Positions 56,491 to 64,000 of a DNA stretch of 64,000 nucleotides are shown here, piece after piece. Position 1 is the first letter of the stretch; each line of letters starts with the position of its first letter. The notes under the pieces were generated by a model. The model saw only the letters and a program-made list of their open reading frames with translations. It had not been told where the DNA came from and ran no database searches. A program made the position numbers and the translations under genes. This DNA is from a virus (lineage: Duplodnaviria > Caudoviricetes). Where the stretch lies: IMG/VR virus record IMGVR_UViG_3300010885_080481. One strand, 5' to 3'.

Positions 56491-56861
56491 AATTAACCGA
56501 TATTCATAAAAACTTTATTAAAACTTCTTCAAGATCTATTGTAGAAAATTTCTTGCCCATAAAGGCAGTCAAACCTGCAGAAATACCCGTCTTTGCAATT
56601 GAAAGATGGAAGAACGAAAATGGACTTTTGACAAAAAAGTTTATTTTTGAAAACCTTGACGACAGAAATAGGTTTATAAATTCTATCTTGAATTATGAGA
56701 TGAGCAGCGGACATCACGCTAATATCACGATTGAAAAAAATAATGTAATTTTACGTTTGATTACTAAAGACGTAGATAAGGTTACTGAACTTGATAAAGA
56801 ATATAGTTCTTACGCGGATACAATTCGTAAAGACATAGCGTATAATTCAAAAGATGAATGA
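56487..56861 (+). CDS. Pterin-4-alpha-carbinolamine dehydratase-like protein
   Basis: W....GLLTKKFIF, HHANITI and VTELD. Confidence 0.7.
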   Translation: MKLTDIHKNFIKTSSRSIVENFLPIKAVKPAEIPVFAIERWKNENGLLTKKFIFENLDDRNRFINSILNYEMSSGHHANITIEKNNVILRLITKDVDKVTELDKEYSSYADTIRKDIAYNSKDE

Positions 56862-57243
56862 TTCAAAAATAATGATGAGCAAAGAATTGCTTCAGCAGTT
56901 GCCTGAACTGAGTGAAGAATCTTTAACCCCTGCGTTGAAGTCAATAGCTCTAGTTTATTTTCATGATGAAGTCAATGATTTTGAGTTGTCAGGTCCAGTG
57001 TTTTCTTTTGCCGCAACTGAAGAACCTGAAATAGAATTGAAAGTAGATTTAAAAAAAGCGATAGACGTATTGTCTAAAAAAGATTTTTTAAATTTTGATA
57101 GAGTTAGTTTACTTCATAAAGATGTGATCATAAATCTAGAAGGGTCTTTTTGCGTATTTGCAGCCAGAATATTTGAGCTTGATTTTGAAAAGCAATCTTG
57201 CATTTTAATGTTGTGGCTAAAAAACAATAAAAAGATCATTTAA
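56854..57243 (+). CDS. Hypothetical protein
   Basis: 129 aa, overlap-coupled to the previous gene. Confidence 0.55.
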   Translation: MNDSKIMMSKELLQQLPELSEESLTPALKSIALVYFHDEVNDFELSGPVFSFAATEEPEIELKVDLKKAIDVLSKKDFLNFDRVSLLHKDVIINLEGSFCVFAARIFELDFEKQSCILMLWLKNNKKII

Positions 57244-57270
57244 AAGCCTAATTAACATCAGGAGTTCTAT

Positions 57271-57438
57271 ATGCAGGACGAAAAAGAAAATTACAATTTT
57301 GATAAATTCATGGATGATATTTTGATCAAAGAGTCTAAAAAGAACCCTGAACTTATTGAAGAAACCCCTCAAAGAAAATACGCGAAAAAATACACAGAAC
57401 GCTCGGCAAATAGAGTTAAATTTGTGAAGGTGAAGTGA
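57271..57438 (+). CDS. Small hypothetical protein (55 aa, below the ORF-track cutoff)
   Basis: AGGAG SD, MQDEKENYNFDKFMDDILIKES...KVK, and a stop overlapping the next ATG. Confidence 0.55.
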   Translation: MQDEKENYNFDKFMDDILIKESKKNPELIEETPQRKYAKKYTERSANRVKFVKVK

Positions 57439-57920
57439 TGTCGAAACCGAATGCGACAATAGCTAATGGAAAGTCTCTTCGAGAATTTTTAAGCGCAGTG
57501 ATCGATGATTCTCTACGTAAAAGGATCGTAGAAGGAGAAGATGAAGAGAAGCTGTCTTCAGGTAAGATCGAAGTAAAAGATGTGATAGAAAAGTTAAACA
57601 TCATTCGATCTGGTAAATCGCTGAAGGATGAAGAGGTTAAAAAAGGCATGGAAGATTACATGAATGATCTTGATGATGCCGAAAAAACTGCCTTGTTTTC
57701 ATTCTTAAAAGGTATATCAGAAATTATTACTGTAGGTACTCCAGGAGAGGAAGCGACTGAGCCAGCCGAGGGTCCTGCAAAAGTAACGATGGAAAAGAAA
57801 CCTGGAAAACAAAAAGTTGGTGTAAAACCTAATGTGATTAAAAAACCTGGCGAAGATAAAGAAAAGAGTGCTACTTCCGTAGAAGACACGACTCCTCCTA
57901 TAAAAGCAACTAAAAAATAG
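57435..57920 (+). CDS. Hypothetical protein
   Basis: 161 aa with leader-like SLREFLSAVI...IVE and LNIIRSGKSLKD. Confidence 0.65.
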   Translation: MMSKPNATIANGKSLREFLSAVIDDSLRKRIVEGEDEEKLSSGKIEVKDVIEKLNIIRSGKSLKDEEVKKGMEDYMNDLDDAEKTALFSFLKGISEIITVGTPGEEATEPAEGPAKVTMEKKPGKQKVGVKPNVIKKPGEDKEKSATSVEDTTPPIKATKK

Positions 57921-57926
57921 TATTAT

Positions 57927-58142
57927 TTGCTCATGGAAAACGTTAGAAACATCTTGCTTCCAAATGGAAGCACACTCGAAGTTACTATAAAACCTGGATT
58001 TCTTGAAAAGGTTGCTGCTCAATTTAATCTGAACGAAACCAAAAACGTGTCAAACGAGCATATACGCATGTATATATTTGGAGCATTCAAAAATGCTGTA
58101 GATAAGGTTGAAAATGTCGGATTCGGAAACAATTTTACTTGA
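57927..58142 (+). CDS. Hypothetical protein
   Basis: 71-aa ORF that tiles between its neighbours. Confidence 0.5.
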   Translation: MLMENVRNILLPNGSTLEVTIKPGFLEKVAAQFNLNETKNVSNEHIRMYIFGAFKNAVDKVENVGFGNNFT

Positions 58143-58383
58143 ATATGTTAAACTAATTTTAGAAAAGAAAATTAGAGAAGCTGACATTTCTGATGGAAAA
58201 AAAGCGAAGTGGGGCTCTAAAAAGCATATCGCGGATCTTCAACGTCGTCTTAAGGATGCAGAGTATTGGCGTGACAAGCAGAAAAAAGGATCAGAGAAAA
58301 GAGCATACTACAGAGGCATAGTGAATGACATAAAAAGACAGTTGAAAAATGCCCTTAGAGATGCTGAAAATTTCGAAGGCTGA
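58114..58383 (+). CDS. Hypothetical protein with leader ILLEYVKLILE
   Basis: Basic C-terminal part. Confidence 0.6.
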   Translation: MSDSETILLEYVKLILEKKIREADISDGKKAKWGSKKHIADLQRRLKDAEYWRDKQKKGSEKRAYYRGIVNDIKRQLKNALRDAENFEG

Positions 58384-58393
58384 AAAGAATAAC

Positions 58394-58429
58394 TTCAAGA
58401 GATCTAGCTCATAGTTTAGATCTCTTGAA
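58394..58429. terminator. 13-bp inverted repeat, possible terminator
   Basis: TTCAAGAGATCTA, 10 nt, TAGATCTCTTGAA. Confidence 0.45.
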
Positions 58430-58491
58430 TAGCATTTATATAATGTTTGATTCCTATATTTATTTTTTCAATAGGATAATTTTATTCATTC

Positions 58492-58911
58492 ATGCTGCCC
58501 TTAATATTTTCCTGTGGTGCCGTCGTTTACAAAAAAGGGCCCCACGGCTCACAAATTTTGTTAATAAAACAATTCGCTAAAGACGATGCGTGGGGAATTC
58601 CCAAGGGACACATGGAAAGTGGCGAGACTTACACGGAAACCGCAATACGAGAAGTCAAAGAAGAAACGGGAATTGACATTAAAATAATCACACAATTACC
58701 CCACGTGTCAATTATTAGAAAAAAGAGCAAAAAAATTGTGGTGCCTTTTCTGGCGATTCAAACATGTGATAACGTACCAAGGAGCGACAGCAGTGAAGCG
58801 TCAGAAGTGATAGCAGCTCAATGGTTTAACACAGAAGGCTTACCTGAAATATATCATTATCAGCAACCCATCATAGACGCCGCGCTGATCCTACTGGAAA
58901 TGAGGAAGTGA
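58492..58911 (+). CDS. NUDIX hydrolase
   Basis: Nudix box GHMESGETYTETAIREVKEETG. Confidence 0.9.
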   Translation: MLPLIFSCGAVVYKKGPHGSQILLIKQFAKDDAWGIPKGHMESGETYTETAIREVKEETGIDIKIITQLPHVSIIRKKSKKIVVPFLAIQTCDNVPRSDSSEASEVIAAQWFNTEGLPEIYHYQQPIIDAALILLEMRK

Positions 58912-59154
58912 TTGACAGAAGAAGAAGCAATAGATGAATCTCTAAACTTTGTGGCAAGATATACCTCCAGTGTATCCGATTGGATTACTATAAAAAAAGA
59001 ACTTCTTAAGTCTTTGCCCCCTCAATATAGGAAACGTTTTTCGACAAGAGATCCTGTCACTAAAAAACAATCGATGAACGATTTTGAAATATCCTTGTCT
59101 AAAAAATGGGAAAGCATAACAGGAAAAAAGTTGATATTTAATGGCCATGAATAA
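58912..59154 (+). CDS. Hypothetical protein
   Basis: 80 aa with a TTG start next to the NUDIX stop. Confidence 0.5.
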   Translation: MTEEEAIDESLNFVARYTSSVSDWITIKKELLKSLPPQYRKRFSTRDPVTKKQSMNDFEISLSKKWESITGKKLIFNGHE

Positions 59155-60295
59155 CTTTGAAAAAGAGTCGAAATTATTAAGAGAATATGTTAGAAGAATC
59201 ATAAAAGAAGATTATGATTCTTCTTTTTACGATTCTTCTTATGGCGGATCAGGGAGCTCGTTTGGTTCAGGCGTGGGAAAATCCGTTGGTGGATCTAGAA
59301 CTCTTGCTGGAGCTGCAGTTGATCCCATTTTACGTGTGTTCAAAGTCGCTATAGGCAAATCTAAGGAAATTGGGGCAAGCCTAAAACAATTAGGTAAAGT
59401 AACCGCTGAAGCAATAAAAAGTGTCGCTTCAGGCGGGGAGTATGAAGGTCAATATAAAAAAATTCATGATGAATTTAAGAAAGATATCTCAAAGGTACGA
59501 AAAGAATATGGCAAACACTACGCTGAAGCGTGGGACGTTTTAGACAAAAGCGGGGTTACGACGCTGGCCTTTTTATATAATCCAGCTCTTTTCGTTGCTA
59601 AAAAAGCCGTGGTAGATCATCCTCGTATGGCCCTCGGCGCCATGATGGCAATGGCTACTGGTGGTTGGGCCGGTGCGGCGGTCGGAACCAAACTTGGTCT
59701 TGGCGCAGCCGCTGTAAAAACGGCCAAGGGTGTCGGTGCTGGCCTGGGCGTTGCAGGAGTAGCCGCAGCCAAAAAGATTTATGGTAATCGAAACAAAAAA
59801 GATGATGATGACCGTGAGGGCGAAATTGATGTAAAAAGGTTGCTTTCTCTAAGATCTGGTGGCGGCGATGAAGACAAGAGCTTATCAAATAACGTCAAGC
59901 CTGAATTACGTCAACACATGCAGCAGATAAAATCTCTTGTAAATAATCATTTCAATGAAGTAAGAGAAAAATTGACGAAGTTAAAAGGTATAAAAACACT
60001 GAAAGATCTAGGCGTGTCTGATGATAAAATAAGACAGCTGGAAGAATCTCTTAGTAGCTTGCCAGAAGAACAAAAAAAGAAAAAACTGGACGAGATTTTG
60101 GAGTCGTTAAAACAGAAAACTTTCGTGAATGTAATAAGAGCTTTGAAGCAAGAAAGAGATGGCATGCTAAGAAGTATGCTAAGTGCAGGAATTCCAGAAA
60201 ACGTCATTAAAGAAGAAGGTTCTATTTACGATCGATACAATAAAGAAATTTCTGAGATTGCAAGAATTTTTGGCATTGAAGCAGAAAACATCTAA
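59141..60295 (+). CDS. Hypothetical protein with leader LLREYVRRIIKED and a central Gly/Ala hydrophobic segment
   Basis: 384 aa; MALGAMMAMATGGWAGAAVG...GLGVAGVAAA; ATATTTAA overlaps the start. Confidence 0.7.
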   Translation: MAMNNFEKESKLLREYVRRIIKEDYDSSFYDSSYGGSGSSFGSGVGKSVGGSRTLAGAAVDPILRVFKVAIGKSKEIGASLKQLGKVTAEAIKSVASGGEYEGQYKKIHDEFKKDISKVRKEYGKHYAEAWDVLDKSGVTTLAFLYNPALFVAKKAVVDHPRMALGAMMAMATGGWAGAAVGTKLGLGAAAVKTAKGVGAGLGVAGVAAAKKIYGNRNKKDDDDREGEIDVKRLLSLRSGGGDEDKSLSNNVKPELRQHMQQIKSLVNNHFNEVREKLTKLKGIKTLKDLGVSDDKIRQLEESLSSLPEEQKKKKLDEILESLKQKTFVNVIRALKQERDGMLRSMLSAGIPENVIKEEGSIYDRYNKEISEIARIFGIEAENI

Positions 60296-60321
60296 ACATA
60301 ATGTTCGTTTTGCAGTATACT
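60293..60321 (+). promoter_or_regulatory. Sigma70-like promoter
   Basis: TAAACA, 17 nt, TATACT, 7 nt before the ATG at 60329. Confidence 0.5.
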
Positions 60322-60328
60322 TGGAGAC

Positions 60329-60619
60329 ATGCCTAAGCGTAATGCAAAAAATTACAATGTCGAGACGATGCAGCCTGATGAGATCAATACCTTGAGGGCT
60401 TTGGTTAAAGAATTTATTAACAAGATCGAGTCAATTGACAATGAAATCGAGCTGTTGAAGACAGATCGCAAAGAGGTCATCGAGGAGTACACTGAAAAAC
60501 TCGATATGAAAACTCTGCAAGCGGCTCTACGCGTTGTGAAAATTCAGCAAGGGGTTGAACATAAAGATACGTATGACCTTTTTCTTGAAGCGTTGACAGG
60601 CGTCCAACCCAGCCCATGA
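60329..60619 (+). CDS. DsbA/GapR-like (DUF2312-like) DNA-binding protein
   Basis: EFINKIESIDNEIELLK.DRKEVIEEY...LD.KTL..A.RV.K. Confidence 0.6.
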   Translation: MPKRNAKNYNVETMQPDEINTLRALVKEFINKIESIDNEIELLKTDRKEVIEEYTEKLDMKTLQAALRVVKIQQGVEHKDTYDLFLEALTGVQPSP

Positions 60620-60984
60620 AAGGAAAAAACATGGAAAATAAACACTCTGCTCTTCTAAAACCCAAAAAGACGTTTACATTAAAACTTTCTCTACCTGAGC
60701 TAATACATCTTAGAGATCTTTTTAGCATATCTTTACCCGTCGACTTAAAGACAACAGTCAGTCAATCTCTTGCGACAGGTCAAGGTAGACAGATCATCGA
60801 AACAAAACTCTGGAATAAACTCGTGTCCTTATGCAGAGAAGGAGAGATTCCTTTAAATGAAGAGGCTCCTGATTTTATCATTACGGTAACAGCACCTCCT
60901 GAGCTAGGAGTTTTTGAAGTTGCGACAGATTACGTTCAGCAAGAAGAGCAAGCTGAAGAAGAAGATGATGCGGATGACGAGTAA
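60616..60984 (+). CDS. Hypothetical protein
   Basis: 122 aa with an acidic tail. Confidence 0.6.
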   Translation: MKGKNMENKHSALLKPKKTFTLKLSLPELIHLRDLFSISLPVDLKTTVSQSLATGQGRQIIETKLWNKLVSLCREGEIPLNEEAPDFIITVTAPPELGVFEVATDYVQQEEQAEEEDDADDE

Positions 60985-60989
60985 AAGTC

Positions 60990-61409
60990 ATGCAAAAAAC
61001 AACGTATAAAGTAGGACAAATAATATACGTTTTGACATCTAAAGAGACCAAGATATATCCAGTTCAAGTAGTCGAAGAAATTATAAAGCGAAGTATAACT
61101 GGGGAATCGGTTTCTTACATTGTTAAGGCCGGCAAAGGAAATAAGCTCGTACCTATTTCTGATATTCAGGGAGAGTTATTCGAAGACGTAGAATCTCTTC
61201 GAGAAGTTCTCACTAAAAGAATCATCAACACAATCAATAACATAGTCAATGAATCAATTGAAAAAGCTTCTGAGTGGTATGAGCAACCAGAAGTTCATTC
61301 ACCTATCATCGAAAGTCCACCATTTGAACCTGACGACAAACAAGGCAGCATAGTCGTGAAGTTATCGGATGGAAAAATAGCGAATGTAAAACTGCCCAAC
61401 ATTTCATGA
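60990..61409 (+). CDS. Hypothetical protein
   Basis: 139 aa with an SH3-like beta N-terminus (YKVGQIIYV). Confidence 0.6.
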   Translation: MQKTTYKVGQIIYVLTSKETKIYPVQVVEEIIKRSITGESVSYIVKAGKGNKLVPISDIQGELFEDVESLREVLTKRIINTINNIVNESIEKASEWYEQPEVHSPIIESPPFEPDDKQGSIVVKLSDGKIANVKLPNIS

Positions 61410-61425
61410 TGCATAAAGGTACCAC

Positions 61426-62664
61426 ATGAACGATAATCGATTTCAAGGAATAGTTCGTAACTACACTGAGCAAGACGTAAGAAAGCTTCAGAACACGTTA
61501 AAGGTAGAACATACCTTGGCTAATCATGGAGCGCAGAAGCTTTGGAAGCTTATTAATTCCGAGCCATACGTTGCAGCCTTAGGAGCTCTCACGGGCAATC
61601 AGGCGGTGCAACAGGTCAAGGCAGGTCTCAAGGCTATCTATTTATCAGGATGGCAGGTAGCCGCCGACGCCAACCTTGCCGGTGAGATGTATCCTGATCA
61701 GAGTCTCTATCCCGTCAACAGCGTTCCGTCTGTCGTTAAGCGTATCAACAATGCGCTTCTACGTTCAGATCAGATCGATAACTCTGAAGGTAAGACCGGT
61801 ACCGACTGGTTTGCACCAATTGTTGCCGATGCCGAGGCTGGTTTTGGTGGACCACTCAATGCATTTGAACTTACCAAGGCTCTAATTGAAGCCGGAGCCT
61901 CAGGCGTCCATTTTGAGGATCAACTAGCCTCTGAAAAGAAATGTGGCCACATGGGAGGCAAGGTGCTCGTCCCAACTTCACAGTTCATCCGTACGTTGAC
62001 TGCAGCACGTCTGGCCGCGGATGTTATGGATGTTCCAACCGTCATTATCGCCAGGACGGACGCAGATTCAGCTAGCCTCATTACCAGCGACATCGATCCA
62101 TACGACAGAGACTACATCCTCGATGGCGACAGGACCCCTGAAGGATTCCATAGGCTGTGCCGAACAGGGCTTGAACGTTCGGTGGCTCGCGGTCTAGCAT
62201 ATGCTCCCTATGCAGACATGCTCTGGATGGAGACTTCAACCCCCGACCTGGAGCAGGCCAAGCTCTTCGCCGAGGCCATTCACAAGAAGTTTCCAGGAAA
62301 ACCCCTAGCCTACAATTGCTCACCCTCATTCAACTGGAAGAAGAACCTCGATGACTCAACCATCGCTAAGTTCCAACGAGAGCTCGCCGCCATGGGCTAT
62401 AAGTTCCAGTTCGTCACCCTTGCCGGCTTCCACTCGCTCAACCACTCCATGTACCAGTTGGCCCATGGTTATAAGGATCGAGGCATGGCAGCCTACTCTG
62501 AACTACAACAGGCTGAGTTTGCAGCTGAGAAGATCGGTTACACGGCCACGAAACACCAGCGAGAGGTCGGCACCGGTTACTTTGATGCAGTCTCTCAGGT
62601 TATTTCTGCCGGTAATTCATCCACGTTGGCGCTTCATGGATCGACTGAAGAAGAGCAATTTTAA
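61426..62664 (+). CDS. aceA: Isocitrate lyase
   Basis: [33 protein letters not shown], catalytic KKCGH (C173), [18 protein letters not shown] and KHQREVG.GYFD. Confidence 0.97.
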   Translation: MNDNRFQGIVRNYTEQDVRKLQNTLKVEHTLANHGAQKLWKLINSEPYVAALGALTGNQAVQQVKAGLKAIYLSGWQVAADANLAGEMYPDQSLYPVNSVPSVVKRINNALLRSDQIDNSEGKTGTDWFAPIVADAEAGFGGPLNAFELTKALIEAGASGVHFEDQLASEKKCGHMGGKVLVPTSQFIRTLTAARLAADVMDVPTVIIARTDADSASLITSDIDPYDRDYILDGDRTPEGFHRLCRTGLERSVARGLAYAPYADMLWMETSTPDLEQAKLFAEAIHKKFPGKPLAYNCSPSFNWKKNLDDSTIAKFQRELAAMGYKFQFVTLAGFHSLNHSMYQLAHGYKDRGMAAYSELQQAEFAAEKIGYTATKHQREVGTGYFDAVSQVISAGNSSTLALHGSTEEEQF

Positions 62665-62710
62665 CTAAAAAAATCGTAGTTGATTTTTATTTATAGTCAG
62701 GAGGCGTATT

Positions 62711-62944
62711 ATGCGCGACCTGACACCAAGTGAATTAGGTGTTATGCTTTTCAATATTAAGGGAGATCTTGAGATTGTAGCTAACATTTTATCTAAGTGG
62801 AGAATGAGCGGACTAGGTCTAAATGGCATGGTCCCTCTTTCTATTATTGCTGCTGAAACAAAAACGAATACAACAATATCTGAAGTTGAAGATTTAATTC
62901 AGATATTAGCGAAGGTATCGAACAATCTGATTGATAGATATTGA
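62711..62944 (+). CDS. Hypothetical protein
   Basis: 77 aa with a strong AGGAGG SD. Confidence 0.6.
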   Translation: MRDLTPSELGVMLFNIKGDLEIVANILSKWRMSGLGLNGMVPLSIIAAETKTNTTISEVEDLIQILAKVSNNLIDRY

Positions 62945-62950
62945 CGTAAT

Positions 62951-63259
62951 ATGTCAACATCGATACTTCGCAAATTTATAAAAAATGTAATTTTAGAAGC
63001 AAAGATTGAAGCATCACCAGAGTACATGAAAAAGGAAATGGTGATGCAATCAATCCAAAGAGATCTTGCTTCTTTAGTTAGATTAGGGAAAATAAAAACA
63101 AAAGCTCAGATGGATGAATGGTTAGAATTCTATCTAGCACATCCTCCTGAAGGAGCAGAACCATCTGCGGTTAAGCTGGCAACTCAAACGTTAAAATCTA
63201 TACCAGATCCAAAGGTGTTCCTAGCACCAGGAGCAGTAGCCTCTGATCGTAAGAGATAA
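62951..63259 (+). CDS. Hypothetical protein with leader ILRKFIKNVILE
   Basis: 102 aa. Confidence 0.6.
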   Translation: MSTSILRKFIKNVILEAKIEASPEYMKKEMVMQSIQRDLASLVRLGKIKTKAQMDEWLEFYLAHPPEGAEPSAVKLATQTLKSIPDPKVFLAPGAVASDRKR

Positions 63260-63260
63260 A

Positions 63261-63443
63261 ATGAAGCTCGTTAAAGGAATTGATTATTTTTTGGAAAATG
63301 ACCGAATAGTTTTCACTCGTGAGTTTTTGTTAAAACGAGGGTATTGTTGCAATTCTCGTTGCAGAAATTGTCCGTATACTGAAAAAAAAGTGAAAAATGA
63401 CTCTGCGGAAGAAGTCACTGTGCAAATTCCTAAAAATTCCTGA
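63261..63443 (+). CDS. Small Cys-rich protein (DUF5522-like)
   Basis: DYFLENDRIVFT..FLLKRGYCC..RCRNCPY. Confidence 0.7.
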   Translation: MKLVKGIDYFLENDRIVFTREFLLKRGYCCNSRCRNCPYTEKKVKNDSAEEVTVQIPKNS

Positions 63444-63455
63444 TACCATGTTGGT

Positions 63456-64000
63456 ATGGGTATTGGCAAGATCGACCTGTCTGAAGCTAGTTCTATCGCA
63501 AGTTCTGTCTTGAAATACATTCAACCTGCCTTGACCAAAGGCGAAGTTGCTGGATCAATCCGCCGCCATAAAGAAATTGTCGGCGATGTTGAGATCGTTG
63601 CGATGAGCGATAACAGAGAGCTTCTTGTCAAACTCCTGGCCGACGTTGGTCAGCACATCAAGCCTGGTGTGCCGGGCCTAGTTCCTTGGGCGCCGAAGGT
63701 CGATGCCAAGTATTTTCGAGTTCGTTTGAATGAAGGCATGAATCTCGATCTCTTCATGGCATCTCCTGAGAATTGGGGAGGGCTTTTGTTGATGCGAACT
63801 GGTTCTGGCGCCGGACTAGATGGTAATTCTTTCAACGGTTTCACACCAGGTATTTTTTCTCGTTGGAAGAAGCTTTCAGGTGGCGGCCGCATGACGAACT
63901 GCATGCCAACGATGCCCACTGGCGAACAACTGTGGATTCCGGAAGAGCAGGACTTTTTTGATCTTCTCGAGATGGATTTCGTTCCTCCTGTCGAACGAGT
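63456..64000 (+). CDS. Minimal family X DNA polymerase (3' truncated; not in ORF track)
   Basis: My translation: MGIGKIDL...EVAGSIRRHKEIVGDVEIV...NLDLF...WGGLLLMRTGS...EEQDFFDLLEMDFVPPVER. Confidence 0.85.
   Translation, partial: MGIGKIDLSEASSIASSVLKYIQPALTKGEVAGSIRRHKEIVGDVEIVAMSDNRELLVKLLADVGQHIKPGVPGLVPWAPKVDAKYFRVRLNEGMNLDLFMASPENWGGLLLMRTGSGAGLDGNSFNGFTPGIFSRWKKLSGGGRMTNCMPTMPTGEQLWIPEEQDFFDLLEMDFVPPVER

Noticed and set aside
48-63919. The many short antisense and off-frame ORFs in the track (e.g. 11113-11532, 22337-22711, 43213-43644, 63650-63919)
   Set aside because: They lie wholly within well-supported genes, have no motifs, and are expected shadows of codon bias.
1-64000. Stop-codon reassignment
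   Set aside because: Long genes are intact in the standard code, coding density is high, and TAA, TGA and TAG all end genes.
1-64000. CRISPR array, rRNA or tRNA genes
   Set aside because: No regularly spaced repeats or RNA-gene structures were seen; the few non-coding gaps are short.

Overview
This window is part of a large myovirus (jumbo-phage-like) genome, read in the standard genetic code, with nearly all real genes on the + strand. Positions 1-19.6 kb hold a T4-like contractile tail and baseplate module: two tandem sheath paralogs, tube, chaperone with a candidate frameshift, tape measure, tube initiator, LysM-like wedge and hub. Positions 19.7-32.7 kb hold replication and nucleotide genes: compact PolA, HD protein, gp32-like SSB, RecA, dUTPase, 5'-3' exonuclease, DnaB-like helicase, class II RNR, ThyX, Tmk and an all-alpha dNTPase. 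Positions 32.8-40.3 kb are accessory genes: Hsp20, MTase, phosphoesterase, HNH, Dps-like and GuaB-like. DnaE follows at 40.4-43.9 kb. Next (43.9-51.2 kb) is a cluster that looks like a cytosine hypermodification pathway: a second dNMP kinase, a T4 BGT-like glycosyltransferase, two NDP-sugar epimerases, a ThyA-fold enzyme with the dCMP-type Asp, thymidine kinase and dCMP deaminase. The last 13 kb hold many small genes, SOD-like, nitrilase, PCD and NUDIX genes, a full isocitrate lyase, and a minimal PolX that runs off the end and is missing from the ORF track. About 12 unrelated ORFs share an N-terminal L(R/K)xII(R/K)EE-like leader, and several lie behind an ATA(G/A/T)TTA motif; this is a candidate capsid-targeting signal with a late promoter. 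All calls come from reading motifs by eye; no searches were run. No tRNA, rRNA, CRISPR array or intein was seen.
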